Shown: positions 1-9,062, numbered from the stretch's first letter. The stretch is DNA of 64,000 bases from Betaproteobacteria bacterium (GCA_050260395.1 JBLNCC010000058.1:3466-67465), one strand, 5' to 3'. A program made the numbers and translations. The notes: generated by a model from the letters alone, not told the origin.

Positions 1-792
1 GCCGAGGATGTGACCGTGCGGGTGAGCCTTGGTGAGCGGCTGAGGCGGGCCGAGCGCCTCAAGGCCGTGGGCGAGTTCGCGGCCGGCATAGCGCACGAGA
101 TAAACAACCCGATCGGCATCATATCCGCCTGCGCCGAGCATCTTGCGGACAAGATCTCAAGGTCCGTCGATTCGCCCAATGAGTACCTGAAGCCGCTCCG
201 GGCCATCGAAGAGGAAGCTGCCCGGTGCTCTGGAATAGTCAAAAACCTTACGGTGTTCTCGCGCCATCAGGAGATGCACCTGCGGCCCACGGACGTGCGG
301 CGGGTCGTCGAGGACACGATCTACCTTGTGGAGCATCAGGCGACCGCGGCGGGCGTGAGGATACAGGTCGAAGGAGAGACGGCGGAGCTTCCGCCGGTCC
401 TGGCGGACGAAGGGCAGCTCAAACAGGTGTTTATGAACCTCGCCGTGAACGCCATACAAGCAATGCCGTCGGGTGGAATTCTCAAGGTGCGCCTGGGCTT
501 TGACCACAGGCGCCTTGGAACGGGCAGGCCCTCCGCGCGCGGCGCGGGCGCGGCGGGTGGGAGTCGCGGCTACGTGTGGGTGGAATTCGCGGATACCGGG
601 GTTGGCATCCCTCGGGAGAATCTCTCTAAAATCTTCACGCCATTCTTCACCACTCGGACCACGGGGGTCGGCCTTGGCCTTGCCGTGAGCCACGGCATCG
701 TGGAGGCTCACGGGGGCACCATCTCTGTGGAAAGCAAGGAAGGGGAAGGCAGCACCTTCACCGTGCGGTTTCCCGTTGCAAGACAGCGGTAA
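1..792 (+). CDS. Sensor histidine kinase, C-terminal part (HisKA + HATPase_c); 5' end outside the window
   Basis: ORF 10..792 has H-box 'FAAGIAHEINNPIGII' and ATPase boxes 'DTGVGIP' and 'GVGLGLAVSHGIVEAHGGTISVES'. No sensor domain or credible start lies in the window. Confidence 0.85.
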   Translation, partial: AEDVTVRVSLGERLRRAERLKAVGEFAAGIAHEINNPIGIISACAEHLADKISRSVDSPNEYLKPLRAIEEEAARCSGIVKNLTVFSRHQEMHLRPTDVRRVVEDTIYLVEHQATAAGVRIQVEGETAELPPVLADEGQLKQVFMNLAVNAIQAMPSGGILKVRLGFDHRRLGTGRPSARGAGAAGGSRGYVWVEFADTGVGIPRENLSKIFTPFFTTRTTGVGLGLAVSHGIVEAHGGTISVESKEGEGSTFTVRFPVARQR

Positions 793-1064
793 AGGAACCA
801 AGGACGATGCCGGGCGTGCTGTGGGTGAACGGCGGGCCCGTTCGCGCGCGGCCTCGCCGCACGTGCGACGCGCCGAAATGGCGCGTCGACGGGGCGCGGT
901 CCGTGCCGTAGCCGGTCAGGCGCCTGTTACCTGCAGTGCAAGCCCGGGATAGAGCCACGTGGGCGTGAGCGTAGGCGCGAAAGCGTGCGGGTGCAGGAAT
1001 TCCGTAGCAGGGGAAGAATAAGCCATGAGTATGCGGCTGCCTGTGGAGGAGGCATATCTAAGAA

Positions 1065-2420
1065 GTGGACGTACACACCTCAACGGGTGAACCCCGTATA
1101 CCTGCGCCAGAGGAGCTTGCGGCGCGCTCGAATGAGGAAATCGAGCTCGCGCTTGTAAACGCCACCCGGAGCATGCAGGGCGCCGCGGTGCCCGGCCTCG
1201 AGCGGCTTGCGACCTGTGGTGACGTTCGCGTCGCCTGCGCGGCGGCGCGCGCCCTCGGCGAGGTGCGAGATGAATCTGCCGCCCGGGTGCTGGCGGAGAT
1301 TCGCGATTCGGCGGAGGACAAGGCTGTGCGCAAAGAGGCCGGCCGCTCACTGCACAGACTGAGGTCTGCCGGGGTGCATGCCGCCGACGAGCTCGCGCCG
1401 GGCCTCGGGCGCGTCCCGGTCATCGCCGCGCCGTCAGGCAAGGTCGAGAGCGCGTTCGCCGGGTACTACGATTGGATGGGCACGCGCCTCCTCGCGACCC
1501 AGGTGTGGGCGCCCGGCGAGGGCAGGGCTCTAATCGCGTGGGTCGTCAAAGAGGATGAGGGAATCGACGACTGCCGCGTGTTCCGAGGCAGCAAGCGAAG
1601 GCTGCAAGAGGTGGCGAGCGACCTCGTAAGCGAGGCGAAGCTCGTGGAGATCGATACCGGGCACGCGCGCTTCCTGCTGAAAGAGGCTGCCGAGACCAGG
1701 CGACGGGCCGGGGAAGAGATGCCCCAAGGGTATTCCCTGTACAGCGACGCGGTTAAGAGCCTGCCCCCACCGCCTACCCGTCCCATCATTTACGAAAAGA
1801 TGGACGCCGACGACGTAAGGGCCGACGTCACGGCGCTGCGCGATTCTGGGCGCCTTCTCGGCCTTCGGTCTGCGTGTTCGTGGGCTTTCGACGAGGACAA
1901 GGTGAAGCCATACTGGGCGAGAGCTCTCGCGATCGCTGAGAGCGTCATTTACACAAGCAAGGCCGTCCAGAGTGAGCGCTTGCGCGCGGTGGTCGAGGAT
2001 GCCATACAGACCCTCTTAACGCCGAGCGTCGCCCGGAAATACCAGCGTCGCCTGGAGGAGACGGCGTACTTGCTGCTTTTGAAGGGCCGCGAAAAACCCG
2101 CGCGTTCCGCATTCGCCGCCGCGATTGCCATCGCGGACGGGAAGCCCCCTCGCGACATACCCTTTGTGGAAGCGCTCGTGGCAAGGAGCATCGGCGTCGT
2201 GCGCGACGGCACGCCCGAGGCGAGGAGGCTGCGGGGGCGGGAGGCCGAAGGTGAACACGGTGAGCGCGAACGGCGGCTCATCGTGACCCCTGCTTTCGGG
2301 GGCGCGACGGCTGCAGGCGCTGCCGGTGGGGCTCTCGGTGAGGATGAAGAGGACGATTGGGGGCGGGGCTGGAGCCGCGCCCGTGACGAGGATTGGGACG
2401 AAGAGGAAGATGCCGAGTGA
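1065..2420 (+). CDS. Hypothetical protein with N-terminal HEAT/PBS-lyase-like repeats and a very acidic C-terminus
   Basis: Repeats such as 'AARALGEVRDESAARVLAEIRDSAEDKAVRKEA', tail 'EDEEDDW...DEDWDEEEDAE', and GGAGGAGG upstream of the GTG start. Function not recognised. Confidence 0.5.
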   Translation: MDVHTSTGEPRIPAPEELAARSNEEIELALVNATRSMQGAAVPGLERLATCGDVRVACAAARALGEVRDESAARVLAEIRDSAEDKAVRKEAGRSLHRLRSAGVHAADELAPGLGRVPVIAAPSGKVESAFAGYYDWMGTRLLATQVWAPGEGRALIAWVVKEDEGIDDCRVFRGSKRRLQEVASDLVSEAKLVEIDTGHARFLLKEAAETRRRAGEEMPQGYSLYSDAVKSLPPPPTRPIIYEKMDADDVRADVTALRDSGRLLGLRSACSWAFDEDKVKPYWARALAIAESVIYTSKAVQSERLRAVVEDAIQTLLTPSVARKYQRRLEETAYLLLLKGREKPARSAFAAAIAIADGKPPRDIPFVEALVARSIGVVRDGTPEARRLRGREAEGEHGERERRLIVTPAFGGATAAGAAGGALGEDEEDDWGRGWSRARDEDWDEEEDAE

Positions 2421-3055
2421 AAGTCGTAGTCGGCTCAACGAACCCAGTGAAGGTCCGGGCGGTCCGCAGGGTGTTTGCCCGGGCCTTTCGGGATAGGAAC
2501 GTCGAGATTGAAGTTGAAGGGGTCAATGTTGACCTGGGCCTGCCGGACCAGCCCTTGGGCGATGACGAGACGCGAAGGTGTGCCGTGGCCCGCGCCGCGC
2601 ACGTCCTTGCGACCACCGACGCAGACGTTGGGGTGGGGCTCGAAGGCGGAGTTGCGTTCGAGAACGCCAAAGAGGCCTGGTCCGAGGGTGAGCGCGATGG
2701 CGGCAACCGGGCCGATGGGGCGACGCTTGAAGCCCATGAAGCCCATCTTATAGGATGGTGCGCCATAGCCACGCGCGACGGGACCCTATCGGTCGCGCAC
2801 GGGGCCTCGATGCCGCTTCCCTCGGCCGTTGGGCGCGAGATAGCGGCCGGGCGCGAGCTCGGCCCGGTCATGGACGAGCTCACGGGAGTGCACAACTCCA
2901 AACAGAAGCTGGGCGCCATAGGCTATTTCACGTGCGGATTGCTCCCGCGCGAGAAGTCGTGGGAGTACACGATAACATGTGCCCTGGTGAAGCTCCTCCG
3001 CCCCGAGCACTACCGTTCCGGGCACGGCGACGAGGCTGGCGACCTGGCAGGGTAG
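2417..3055 (+). CDS. Inosine/xanthosine triphosphatase (YjjX-like non-canonical NTPase)
   Basis: 'VKVVVGSTNPVKVRAV', 'GLPDQPLGDDETRRCAVARA' and 'ELGPVMDELTG...GAIGYFTCGLLPRE' match the E. coli YjjX pattern. GTG 2417 is preferred over the track's TTG 2393 because the conserved N-terminus begins there. Confidence 0.7.
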   Translation: MKVVVGSTNPVKVRAVRRVFARAFRDRNVEIEVEGVNVDLGLPDQPLGDDETRRCAVARAAHVLATTDADVGVGLEGGVAFENAKEAWSEGERDGGNRADGATLEAHEAHLIGWCAIATRDGTLSVAHGASMPLPSAVGREIAAGRELGPVMDELTGVHNSKQKLGAIGYFTCGLLPREKSWEYTITCALVKLLRPEHYRSGHGDEAGDLAG

Positions 3056-3101
3056 ACGGCGCGACGCGACCGCCCGCCCCGATCCTCAGGCCCTGCCGCG
3101 C

Positions 3102-3308
3102 CTAAGTGGGGGTGCAGAAATGCTCCCGACTTTTGGGCGATGGGAGAGGTTGCCGGTGACTGCACGAGGGGTGTCAAAATCCGGCCACCAGCGGGCCGGG
3201 CCGGATTTTGGCGAAGCGCGCCCCGCCTGCGGCGCCGTCCCCGAGTGCAACACCGGCAACCCGGCAACTACTGGAAATGGGGCAAGGACTAACGCATCCT
3301 CACATAGG
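3102..3308 (+). repeat. ~200-bp TIR-bounded structured interspersed element, copy 1 (full length)
   Basis: Starts cc-TA-AGTGGGGGTGCAG and ends GCATCCTCACA-TA-gg. Near-identical to copy 2. Lies in the convergent intergenic gap between the YjjX-like and AbrB-like genes. Confidence 0.9.
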
Positions 3309-3318
3309 CCCCTTCACG

Positions 3319-3594
3319 CTACTGAAGAATTCGTCGCTCCACCGGCCTCCGGGCAATCTGTGCCTGCTCTAGGTGGGTCATGGCGAGCTTCTGCGCCTCG
3401 ATCTTTCCGTGGCGGGATCTCACTATGAGCTTGTCCCCCGCTGCCAGCCTGTGCTGGCTGAGAAGGTCTTGGGGCAGGGCGATCCTGCCCTTCTTGTCGA
3501 TCTCCAGGATGTATTCGGCCACCGCGCGGCGCGCCTCCCGCAAGTTGTTTTCACGAGCGTGACGCAAAGGTCCCAGGTCTTCTTCACGGGCCAA
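3319..3594 (-). CDS. AbrB/SpoVT-type (looped-hinge helix) DNA-binding domain protein
   Basis: 'KKGRIALPQDLLSQHRLAAGDKLIV' resembles the SpoVT/AbrB/MazE fold signature. Start uncertain. Confidence 0.5.
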   Translation of the reverse strand: MAREEDLGPLRHARENNLREARRAVAEYILEIDKKGRIALPQDLLSQHRLAAGDKLIVRSRHGKIEAQKLAMTHLEQAQIARRPVERRILQ

Positions 3595-3742
3595 GGTCGG
3601 TACCTGTAGTATTGTCTTCGCGCCTGGACGTATTCACCCCCGAAGCTGGTTGGGAAAGTGCCGCTCCGTTCCCCTCGACTCGACCGACGCGAAGGCATAA
3701 AATCTCGTTCTCGTGGCACCCTTTTGGGTGGAGGTGATGAGA

Positions 3743-4057
3743 ATGGGCAGGATAACTGGGGTGAAGTGCACGGTGAGTGAGTGCGCTTACTGGGGCTCGG
3801 GAAACGTGTGTGAGGCTGACGCCATCGAGGTGGACAGGAATTCCGCCTTGCGAGGCGGGGCAAGGGACTCCGGCATGGAAGTCGGCCGAATCGGTGAGCG
3901 CGGGGAAGCCCGCGGCCGCGCGCGCGCGACCGATGTGGAGGTCGGGCGAATCGGGGAACGGGGCGGCGCCGCGGCCGGAACCGAGTTCGCGGTTTCGGCG
4001 TCGGAACACACCATGTGCAAGACGTTCAAGCCCAAAGCCGCCGGGTACACTCGGTGA
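3743..4057 (+). CDS. DUF1540-family small Cys-containing protein
   Basis: 'VKCTVSECAYWGSGNVCEADAIEV' and C-terminal 'HTMCKTF' fit the DUF1540 pattern as recalled. GGAGG sits 8 nt before ATG 3743. Internal duplication '(M/V)EVGRIGERG'. Confidence 0.6.
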   Translation: MGRITGVKCTVSECAYWGSGNVCEADAIEVDRNSALRGGARDSGMEVGRIGERGEARGRARATDVEVGRIGERGGAAAGTEFAVSASEHTMCKTFKPKAAGYTR

Positions 4058-4214
4058 CCCTCCCTCCTAATCTTACCGGTCTTGCCGGCGGCACGACGAC
4101 TCAGCCGTAGAGCAACACAATGAGTGCCGGCAGCCGGGCGCGGACCTCGCGCCCGGCTAGCTCGTCTTGAGCGCCTGCCGGGGCTCCGCCGCCCCGCCCG
4201 CTCCGCCGGTGTCG

Positions 4215-4243
4215 TTGACACGCTTTGGGTCCAGGAATATAAT
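4215..4243 (+). promoter_or_regulatory. Perfect sigma-A/sigma-70 consensus promoter (TTGACA-17-TATAAT)
   Basis: TTGACA at 4215-4220, 17-nt spacer, TATAAT at 4238-4243. Predicted TSS about 4250, roughly 9 nt before repeat copy 2. Confidence 0.7.
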
Positions 4244-4258
4244 AGCGGCGCAGGAAAT

Positions 4259-4464
4259 CTAAGTGGGGGTGCAGGAATGCTCCCGATTTTTGGGCGATGG
4301 GAGAGGTTGCCGGTGATTGCACGAGGGTGTCAAAATCCGGCCACTGGCCTGGCGGGCCGGATCTTGGCGAAGCGCGCCCTGCTTGGGGCGCCGTCCCCGA
4401 GTGCAGTACCGGCAACCCGGCAACTACTGGAAACGGGGCAAGGACTAACGCATCCTCACATAGG
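4259..4464 (+). repeat. Structured interspersed element, copy 2 (full length), inside the speE 5' leader
   Basis: tc-TA-AGTGGGGGTGCAG ... GCATCCTCACA-TA-gg. Lies between the consensus promoter and the speE RBS (4481-4489). Confidence 0.9.
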
Positions 4465-4496
4465 GTCCAACCCAAGACGAAGGAGGAGGCGGTGAA

Positions 4497-5381
4497 TTGG
4501 AACTCTGGTTCACCGAACGGCAGACCCCGGGCATGGCGTTGTCTATGAAGATCGCCCGGACCATCCACCGCGAAACGAGCAAGTACCAGGACGTTGCGGT
4601 TCTCGAGACCGTCGACAACAAGAGGGTGCTCGTGCTCGACGGGTGCGTGATGACCACCGACCTGGACGAGTTCGTGTACCACGAGATGATCGCCCACGTG
4701 CCGCTCTGCACCCATCCTTGCCCCAGGAAGGTCCTCGTGGTCGGAGGCGGCGACGGCGGCACGATTCGCGAGGTCCTAAAGCACGGGTCGGTGGAGAGCG
4801 CTGTGCTCGCCGAGATAGACGAGGGAGTCATCGAGGCGAGCCGCCGGTACCTTCCTCACCTCTCCGGCTCCCTTCAAGACCCTAGGTGCCAGATAATGGT
4901 GGGCGACGGAGCCGAGCACGTGAAGTCGCATCGCGAGGAGTACGACGTCATCATTTGCGACTCCACAGACCCCGTGGGCCCTGGAACCGTGCTCTTCTCT
5001 GAAGACTTCTATCGCGCTTCGTACGCCTCCCTCACCAGCGATGGAGTGTTCTGCGCCCAAATGGAGTCGCCGTTCTTTTATGGCGAACTCATAAGGCGCG
5101 CCGTTCGCGAGCTTCAGCGGGTCTTCCCCATCGTGCGGCTTTACCTCGCCGTGGTTCCGTCTTACCCGGGGGCGTTGTGGAGCTTTGTGCTCGCGTCGAA
5201 GAAGCACCACCCGGTCCGGGACGCGCGGGTCGCGAACCTGAAGACGCGTTACTACACGCCGGAGGTCCACAAGGCCGCGTTTGTCTTGCCGAAGTTCGTC
5301 GAGGAGCTTGTAAAGCCCCAGGACCCGTCGGGCATGCCGGGCGCGCCGGTCCCGCAAGGCCAAGGGTCCGCGGGCCCGTGA
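4497..5381 (+). CDS. speE: Spermidine synthase
   Basis: 'ELWFTE', 'SKYQDVAVLET...LVLDG', 'DEFVYHEMIAHVPL' and 'VLVVGGGDGGTIREVLKH'. AGGAGGAGG sits 7 nt before the TTG start. Confidence 0.9.
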   Translation: MELWFTERQTPGMALSMKIARTIHRETSKYQDVAVLETVDNKRVLVLDGCVMTTDLDEFVYHEMIAHVPLCTHPCPRKVLVVGGGDGGTIREVLKHGSVESAVLAEIDEGVIEASRRYLPHLSGSLQDPRCQIMVGDGAEHVKSHREEYDVIICDSTDPVGPGTVLFSEDFYRASYASLTSDGVFCAQMESPFFYGELIRRAVRELQRVFPIVRLYLAVVPSYPGALWSFVLASKKHHPVRDARVANLKTRYYTPEVHKAAFVLPKFVEELVKPQDPSGMPGAPVPQGQGSAGP

Positions 5382-5405
5382 GCGGCCGCAAACGGGGGTG
5401 ACGCG

Positions 5406-5996
5406 GTGCCAAGGGAGCTTTCTGACATAAAGGAGCTTTTTGCCGAGAAAGACATGCGACTTACCCCGCAGCGGGAGGCAATTCTGCGGGTTCTAGTGAA
5501 AGGCGCAGACCTACACCTCTCCGCCGACGAGATATACCGCCGCACGAAAGAGGAGTGCCCGGACATCGGCCTCGCCACCGTGTACCGGGCTCTCGACATC
5601 TTCGAGAGCCTGGGCATCATCCATAAGCTGCAGTTTGGGGAGGAAGGAAGCCGTTACGAGTTCAACCCCGAGTTCGAGAAGCATTACCACCATCACCTCA
5701 TATGCCTGAGCTGTGGCGGCATCTTCGAGTTCAACGAGGACCTTCTCGACGATATAGAGGAGGCCATCTCGGAACGCACCGGCTTCCAGGTCGTGGACCA
5801 CAGCCTCAGGGTCTACGGGTACTGCCGGAACTGCCGGGTCGCTGCCGCCCGGGACGCGCGCGATAGTGCTGAGGTCCGGGGCGCGGCCCAGGTGCAGGCG
5901 GGCTCCCACTCCCGATCCGGGCGCGGGGACGGGAGTTCTCCAGGGGAAGGCGACGCAGGCAACGAAGGTGGAGCAAACACCCGCGATAGCGAATAA
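5406..5996 (+). CDS. fur: Fur-family metalloregulator with a ~50-aa low-complexity C-terminal tail
   Basis: 'RLTPQREAILRVL', 'SADEIYRR...GLATVYRALDIFESLGII', 'HHHLICLSCG' and 'CRNC'. Directly upstream of feoBA. The Fur versus PerR/Zur assignment rests on context only. Confidence 0.75.
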   Translation: MPRELSDIKELFAEKDMRLTPQREAILRVLVKGADLHLSADEIYRRTKEECPDIGLATVYRALDIFESLGIIHKLQFGEEGSRYEFNPEFEKHYHHHLICLSCGGIFEFNEDLLDDIEEAISERTGFQVVDHSLRVYGYCRNCRVAAARDARDSAEVRGAAQVQAGSHSRSGRGDGSSPGEGDAGNEGGANTRDSE

Positions 5997-6030
5997 CATA
6001 CCAGTGTCGCACCTGCTAGGGGGAGTCTTC

Positions 6031-8080
6031 GTGCGCCGAAGGAAGCTTGCCATCGTCGGGACCCCCAACGTCGGCAAGAGCGTGCTCTTCAACGTCCTCA
6101 CGGGCGCGTACGCCACCGTGTCCAACTACCCCGGGACCACGGTCGAGGTTTCGCGCGGCCTCGCCAGGATTCGCGGCATCCCGTTCGAAGTCATAGACAC
6201 ACCCGGCACGTACTCACTAGTGCCCATGACCGAAGAGGAACGCGTCACGCTTTCGCTTCTGCTCGCTGAGGAAGTCGATGTCGTGGTACATGTGGTGGAC
6301 GCGCGCAACCTCCGCAGGATGCTTCCGCTCACCTTGCAGCTAATCGAGGCCGACCTCAGGCTGGTCCTCGACGTGAACATACTGGACGAGGCGGAGCGCA
6401 TAGGGATATGGATAGACATCCCGGGCCTCGAACGCGAGCTCGGTGTGCCTGTGGTCGGCACTGTGCTCACGCGCGGTTTCGGGGTGGACGTCCTGATGGA
6501 TAGGGTGGCTGGATGTGTCCAGGGCATCTCGAGCGTTTCCGGGGTCTCCGGCATCGCGGGTGCCTCCGGCATCCCGGGCGCGTCGGGCATTTCGGGCATC
6601 CGCGGCACTCCCCGCCTCACCTGCGCTCGCCTCGGAGCGTATCGTGGGCCCGATAGCACGCGCGGCGCGCGAGATCGAGGCCGAGCTCCACGGGCGTTAC
6701 TCCATGTCCCGGAAGGCCATCGCGCTCTTGCTCCTTTCCGGCGCGAGGGATGTGCACGCTCTCGTGCGTAGCAGCGAAGGGCGCGAGCGTTACGAGCGGA
6801 TCCGCGCGATCGTGGAGTCCACCGCAAGCCGCTGCGACCTCCCTCTATCATACGTCATCGGCCTCGAGCGGCAGGAGAGAGCGGACCTCATCGCCCGCCG
6901 CGTGACCAGGACGGCCCCGCGTCAGGGCCAGGACCGGAGCCGGGCCGCGCGGGTTCTGGATTTCGTGACGCTTTTCCCGCCGACGGCTGTCCCGCTGCTT
7001 CTCTTGGTGCTCTACTTTGGGCTGTACCGGTTCGTGGGAGCGTTCGGCGCCGGCACCCTCGTGGACTTCTTTGAAAGGCGAGTGTTCGGCGAGATCGTGA
7101 ACCCCGCCGTGAACGCCTTCGTGGCGCGGCACGTAAGCAGCGTTGCCTTGAGGGAGCTTGTCGCCGGCGAGTACGGCTTTATCACGCTGGGGCTCCGCTA
7201 TTCCGTGGCGATCGTGCTCCCCATCGTGGGCACGTTCTTCCTGATGTTCTCGGTCCTTGAGGATACCGGTTACCTGCCGCGGTTGGCCCTCATGGCCGAT
7301 GCCGCTTTCAAGTTGGTCGGCTTGAGCGGACGCGCGGTGATCCCGATAACGCTGGGCTTCGGCTGCGGCACCATGGCTACGATGGTGACGCGCACCCTCG
7401 AGACCAAGCGGGAGCGGACGATTGCCACCCTGCTCCTTGCGCTTGCGGTGCCGTGTTCGGCGCAACTCGGCGTGATCTTGGGGATGCTTGCGACGAGGCC
7501 GCGGGCCCTTCTTCTGTGGGCTGGCGTAGTGGGCGGAACCTTCCTGGCCGCCGGGCATGCGGCCTCGCGCCTCATTCCGGGGGAGAGGCCGGTCTTCTAC
7601 ATGGAGATCCCCCCGCTCAGGGTGCCGGTCGCCTCGAACGTGCTCGCCAAGACCTTCACTCGCATGAAATGGTATTTCTTCGAGGTGATGCCGCTGTTCA
7701 TGGGCGCAAGCCTCGTTATCTGGCTTGGCAGGATGACGGGCTTGTTTCAACTCGCGCTCAAGGTGCTGGAGGTCCCGGTGAGGCTCATGGGCCTTCCACC
7801 GGAGGCCGCATTCGCGTTTCTATTCGGGTTCTTTCGGCGGGATTACGGTGCGGCGGGGCTTTACGACCTGGCGAGCGCAGGCAAGTTGACCAGCTCCGAG
7901 CTTGTCGTGGCGTGCGTGGTCCTCACGTTGTTCGTCCCGTGCGTGGCCCAGTTTGCCATGATGTGGAAAGAACACGGCTGGCGCGTGGCGCTGGGCATCG
8001 CGGGACTGGCCGTGGGAGTCGCCTTTGCCTGGGGCTGCGCGCTCAATCTCATCTTGACGTGGAGCGGCGCGGTGTTATGA
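6031..8080 (+). pseudogene. feoB: Ferrous iron transporter FeoB, reading frame interrupted (+1 shift needed around 6540-6635)
   Basis: The G-domain ('LAIVGTPNVGKSVLFN', 'DTPGTYSL') is in the frame of ORF 5866..6771. The helical and membrane domains ('ERIVGPIARAAREIE...', multiple TM segments) are in the frame of ORF 6515..8080. The switch follows a GVS-GIA-GAS-GIP-GAS-GIS-GIR-GTP repeat. Confidence 0.6.
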
Positions 8081-8442
8081 GCGCGGGCGGCGGGAAGGGC
8101 GCAAGCGGCGCAAGCGGCCCGAACAGCGGGGCGAGGATATTCCGCGTCCGAAGCGGCACAATAATCCGCGAGGGCCGCGGGCCCACGTGCGTGCTTGCGG
8201 CGCTCGGGGCGGGCGAGCGCGGGCGGGTGATGCGCATCAAGAGCGCGAACGCGCGGCTCCTCCAGAAACTTCTTGCCATGGCCGTCCTTCCGGGGAGCGA
8301 AGTCACGGTGAATCTGACGTTTCCGGCGTTCGTGTTCGAGGTTGGGAACACGCGGGTTGCCGTAGATCGCTCCATCGCACGACAGATCGAGGTCGAGCGG
8401 TTGGCGTGCCCGGACGGGCGGCGTCACAACGCGGGAGGATGA
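8077..8442 (+). CDS. feoA: FeoA-domain protein
   Basis: 'LGAGERGRVMRIKSANARLLQKLLAMAVLPGSEVTV...FEVGNTRVAVDRSIARQIEV' is the FeoA SH3-like pattern. The ATG overlaps the feoB stop (ATGA). Confidence 0.75.
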   Translation: MSAGGGKGASGASGPNSGARIFRVRSGTIIREGRGPTCVLAALGAGERGRVMRIKSANARLLQKLLAMAVLPGSEVTVNLTFPAFVFEVGNTRVAVDRSIARQIEVERLACPDGRRHNAGG

Positions 8443-8900
8443 CAAGAGGCTTGCTTCTCATGGGTGTCCGGTCCCTCCTGGCCACCGTCCTTGCGTCGGG
8501 GGCCGCTTTCTTGTTCAACAGGGCGGCGTCGCGAGGCGCGCGGCCGGGTCCGCTTCTCGCGCTTGTGCTCGGCCCGGGCGTGGAGGAGACCGCAAAGACC
8601 GGCTTCGCGCTGGCGATGGCGGCGCCCGTGGTCGTGGTGCACCTCGGTTTCGGCGCGGTTGAGGCGGTGTACGACGCTTCGGCGCGGCTCGGGCCCGGGG
8701 GCGGGCCTGCTTCGTTGTCGGCGCGCGGGCTTGCGGCGGGGGCCATGAGCCTCTTGAGCCATGCCGCTTTCGGCGCTGTGACCCAGGCGGTGCTCGCCCT
8801 CACGCTCGAGCCGTTCCTCGCGGTAGCCGCGGCCGTGCTCGTGCACGCCGTTTGGAACCTCACGATAGTGGCGCTGGTTGGCGCGGGCGGGCGCCCGTAA
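8439..8900 (+). CDS. Short PrsW-family-like intramembrane protease homologue
   Basis: Motifs 'VEETAK' (EExxK), 'FGAVE' (FxxxE) and 'HAVWN' (HxxxN) lie in predicted TM segments. The ATG overlaps the feoA stop (ATGA). Confidence 0.5.
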   Translation: MTRGLLLMGVRSLLATVLASGAAFLFNRAASRGARPGPLLALVLGPGVEETAKTGFALAMAAPVVVVHLGFGAVEAVYDASARLGPGGGPASLSARGLAAGAMSLLSHAAFGAVTQAVLALTLEPFLAVAAAVLVHAVWNLTIVALVGAGGRP

Positions 8901-8957
8901 GCGGGACGTGCGGCGGGAGGTTCTTGGTTCCGTCGTTGTGGAGCGGCCCCGGCGGAA

Positions 8958-8987
8958 TTGACTTAGTTTCGTCCGGGATAATATAAT
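8958..8987 (+). promoter_or_regulatory. Candidate sigma-A promoter (TTGACT-18-TATAAT)
   Basis: TTGACT 8958-8963 and TATAAT 8982-8987, in the intergenic region upstream of mfd. Confidence 0.45.
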
Positions 8988-9024
8988 GAAGCGCGGGCAA
9001 GAACCGAAAACGCTGGCGTCGGCA

Positions 9025-9062
9025 GGGCTTTAGACATGGGTGTTGGGCTCTAAAGCCCTTTT
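9025..9062 (+). terminator. Intrinsic-terminator-like hairpin about 35 nt downstream of the 8958 promoter
   Basis: Perfect 10-bp stem GGGCTTTAGA/TCTAAAGCCC, 14-nt loop, then TTTT. Confidence 0.45.

Noticed and set aside
3120-3428. Small ORFs with recurring peptides ('MLPTFGRWERLPV..ARGVSKSGH..GAVPECNTGNPATTGNGARTNASSH') at 3120-3428, 4124-4548, 16901-17119, 43004-43264 and others
   Set aside because: They are translations of the repeated 200-bp element. The copies differ by indels that are not multiples of three (for example 7 nt), occur in both orientations, and lack RBS or start conservation. The repetition is in the DNA, not in a protein.
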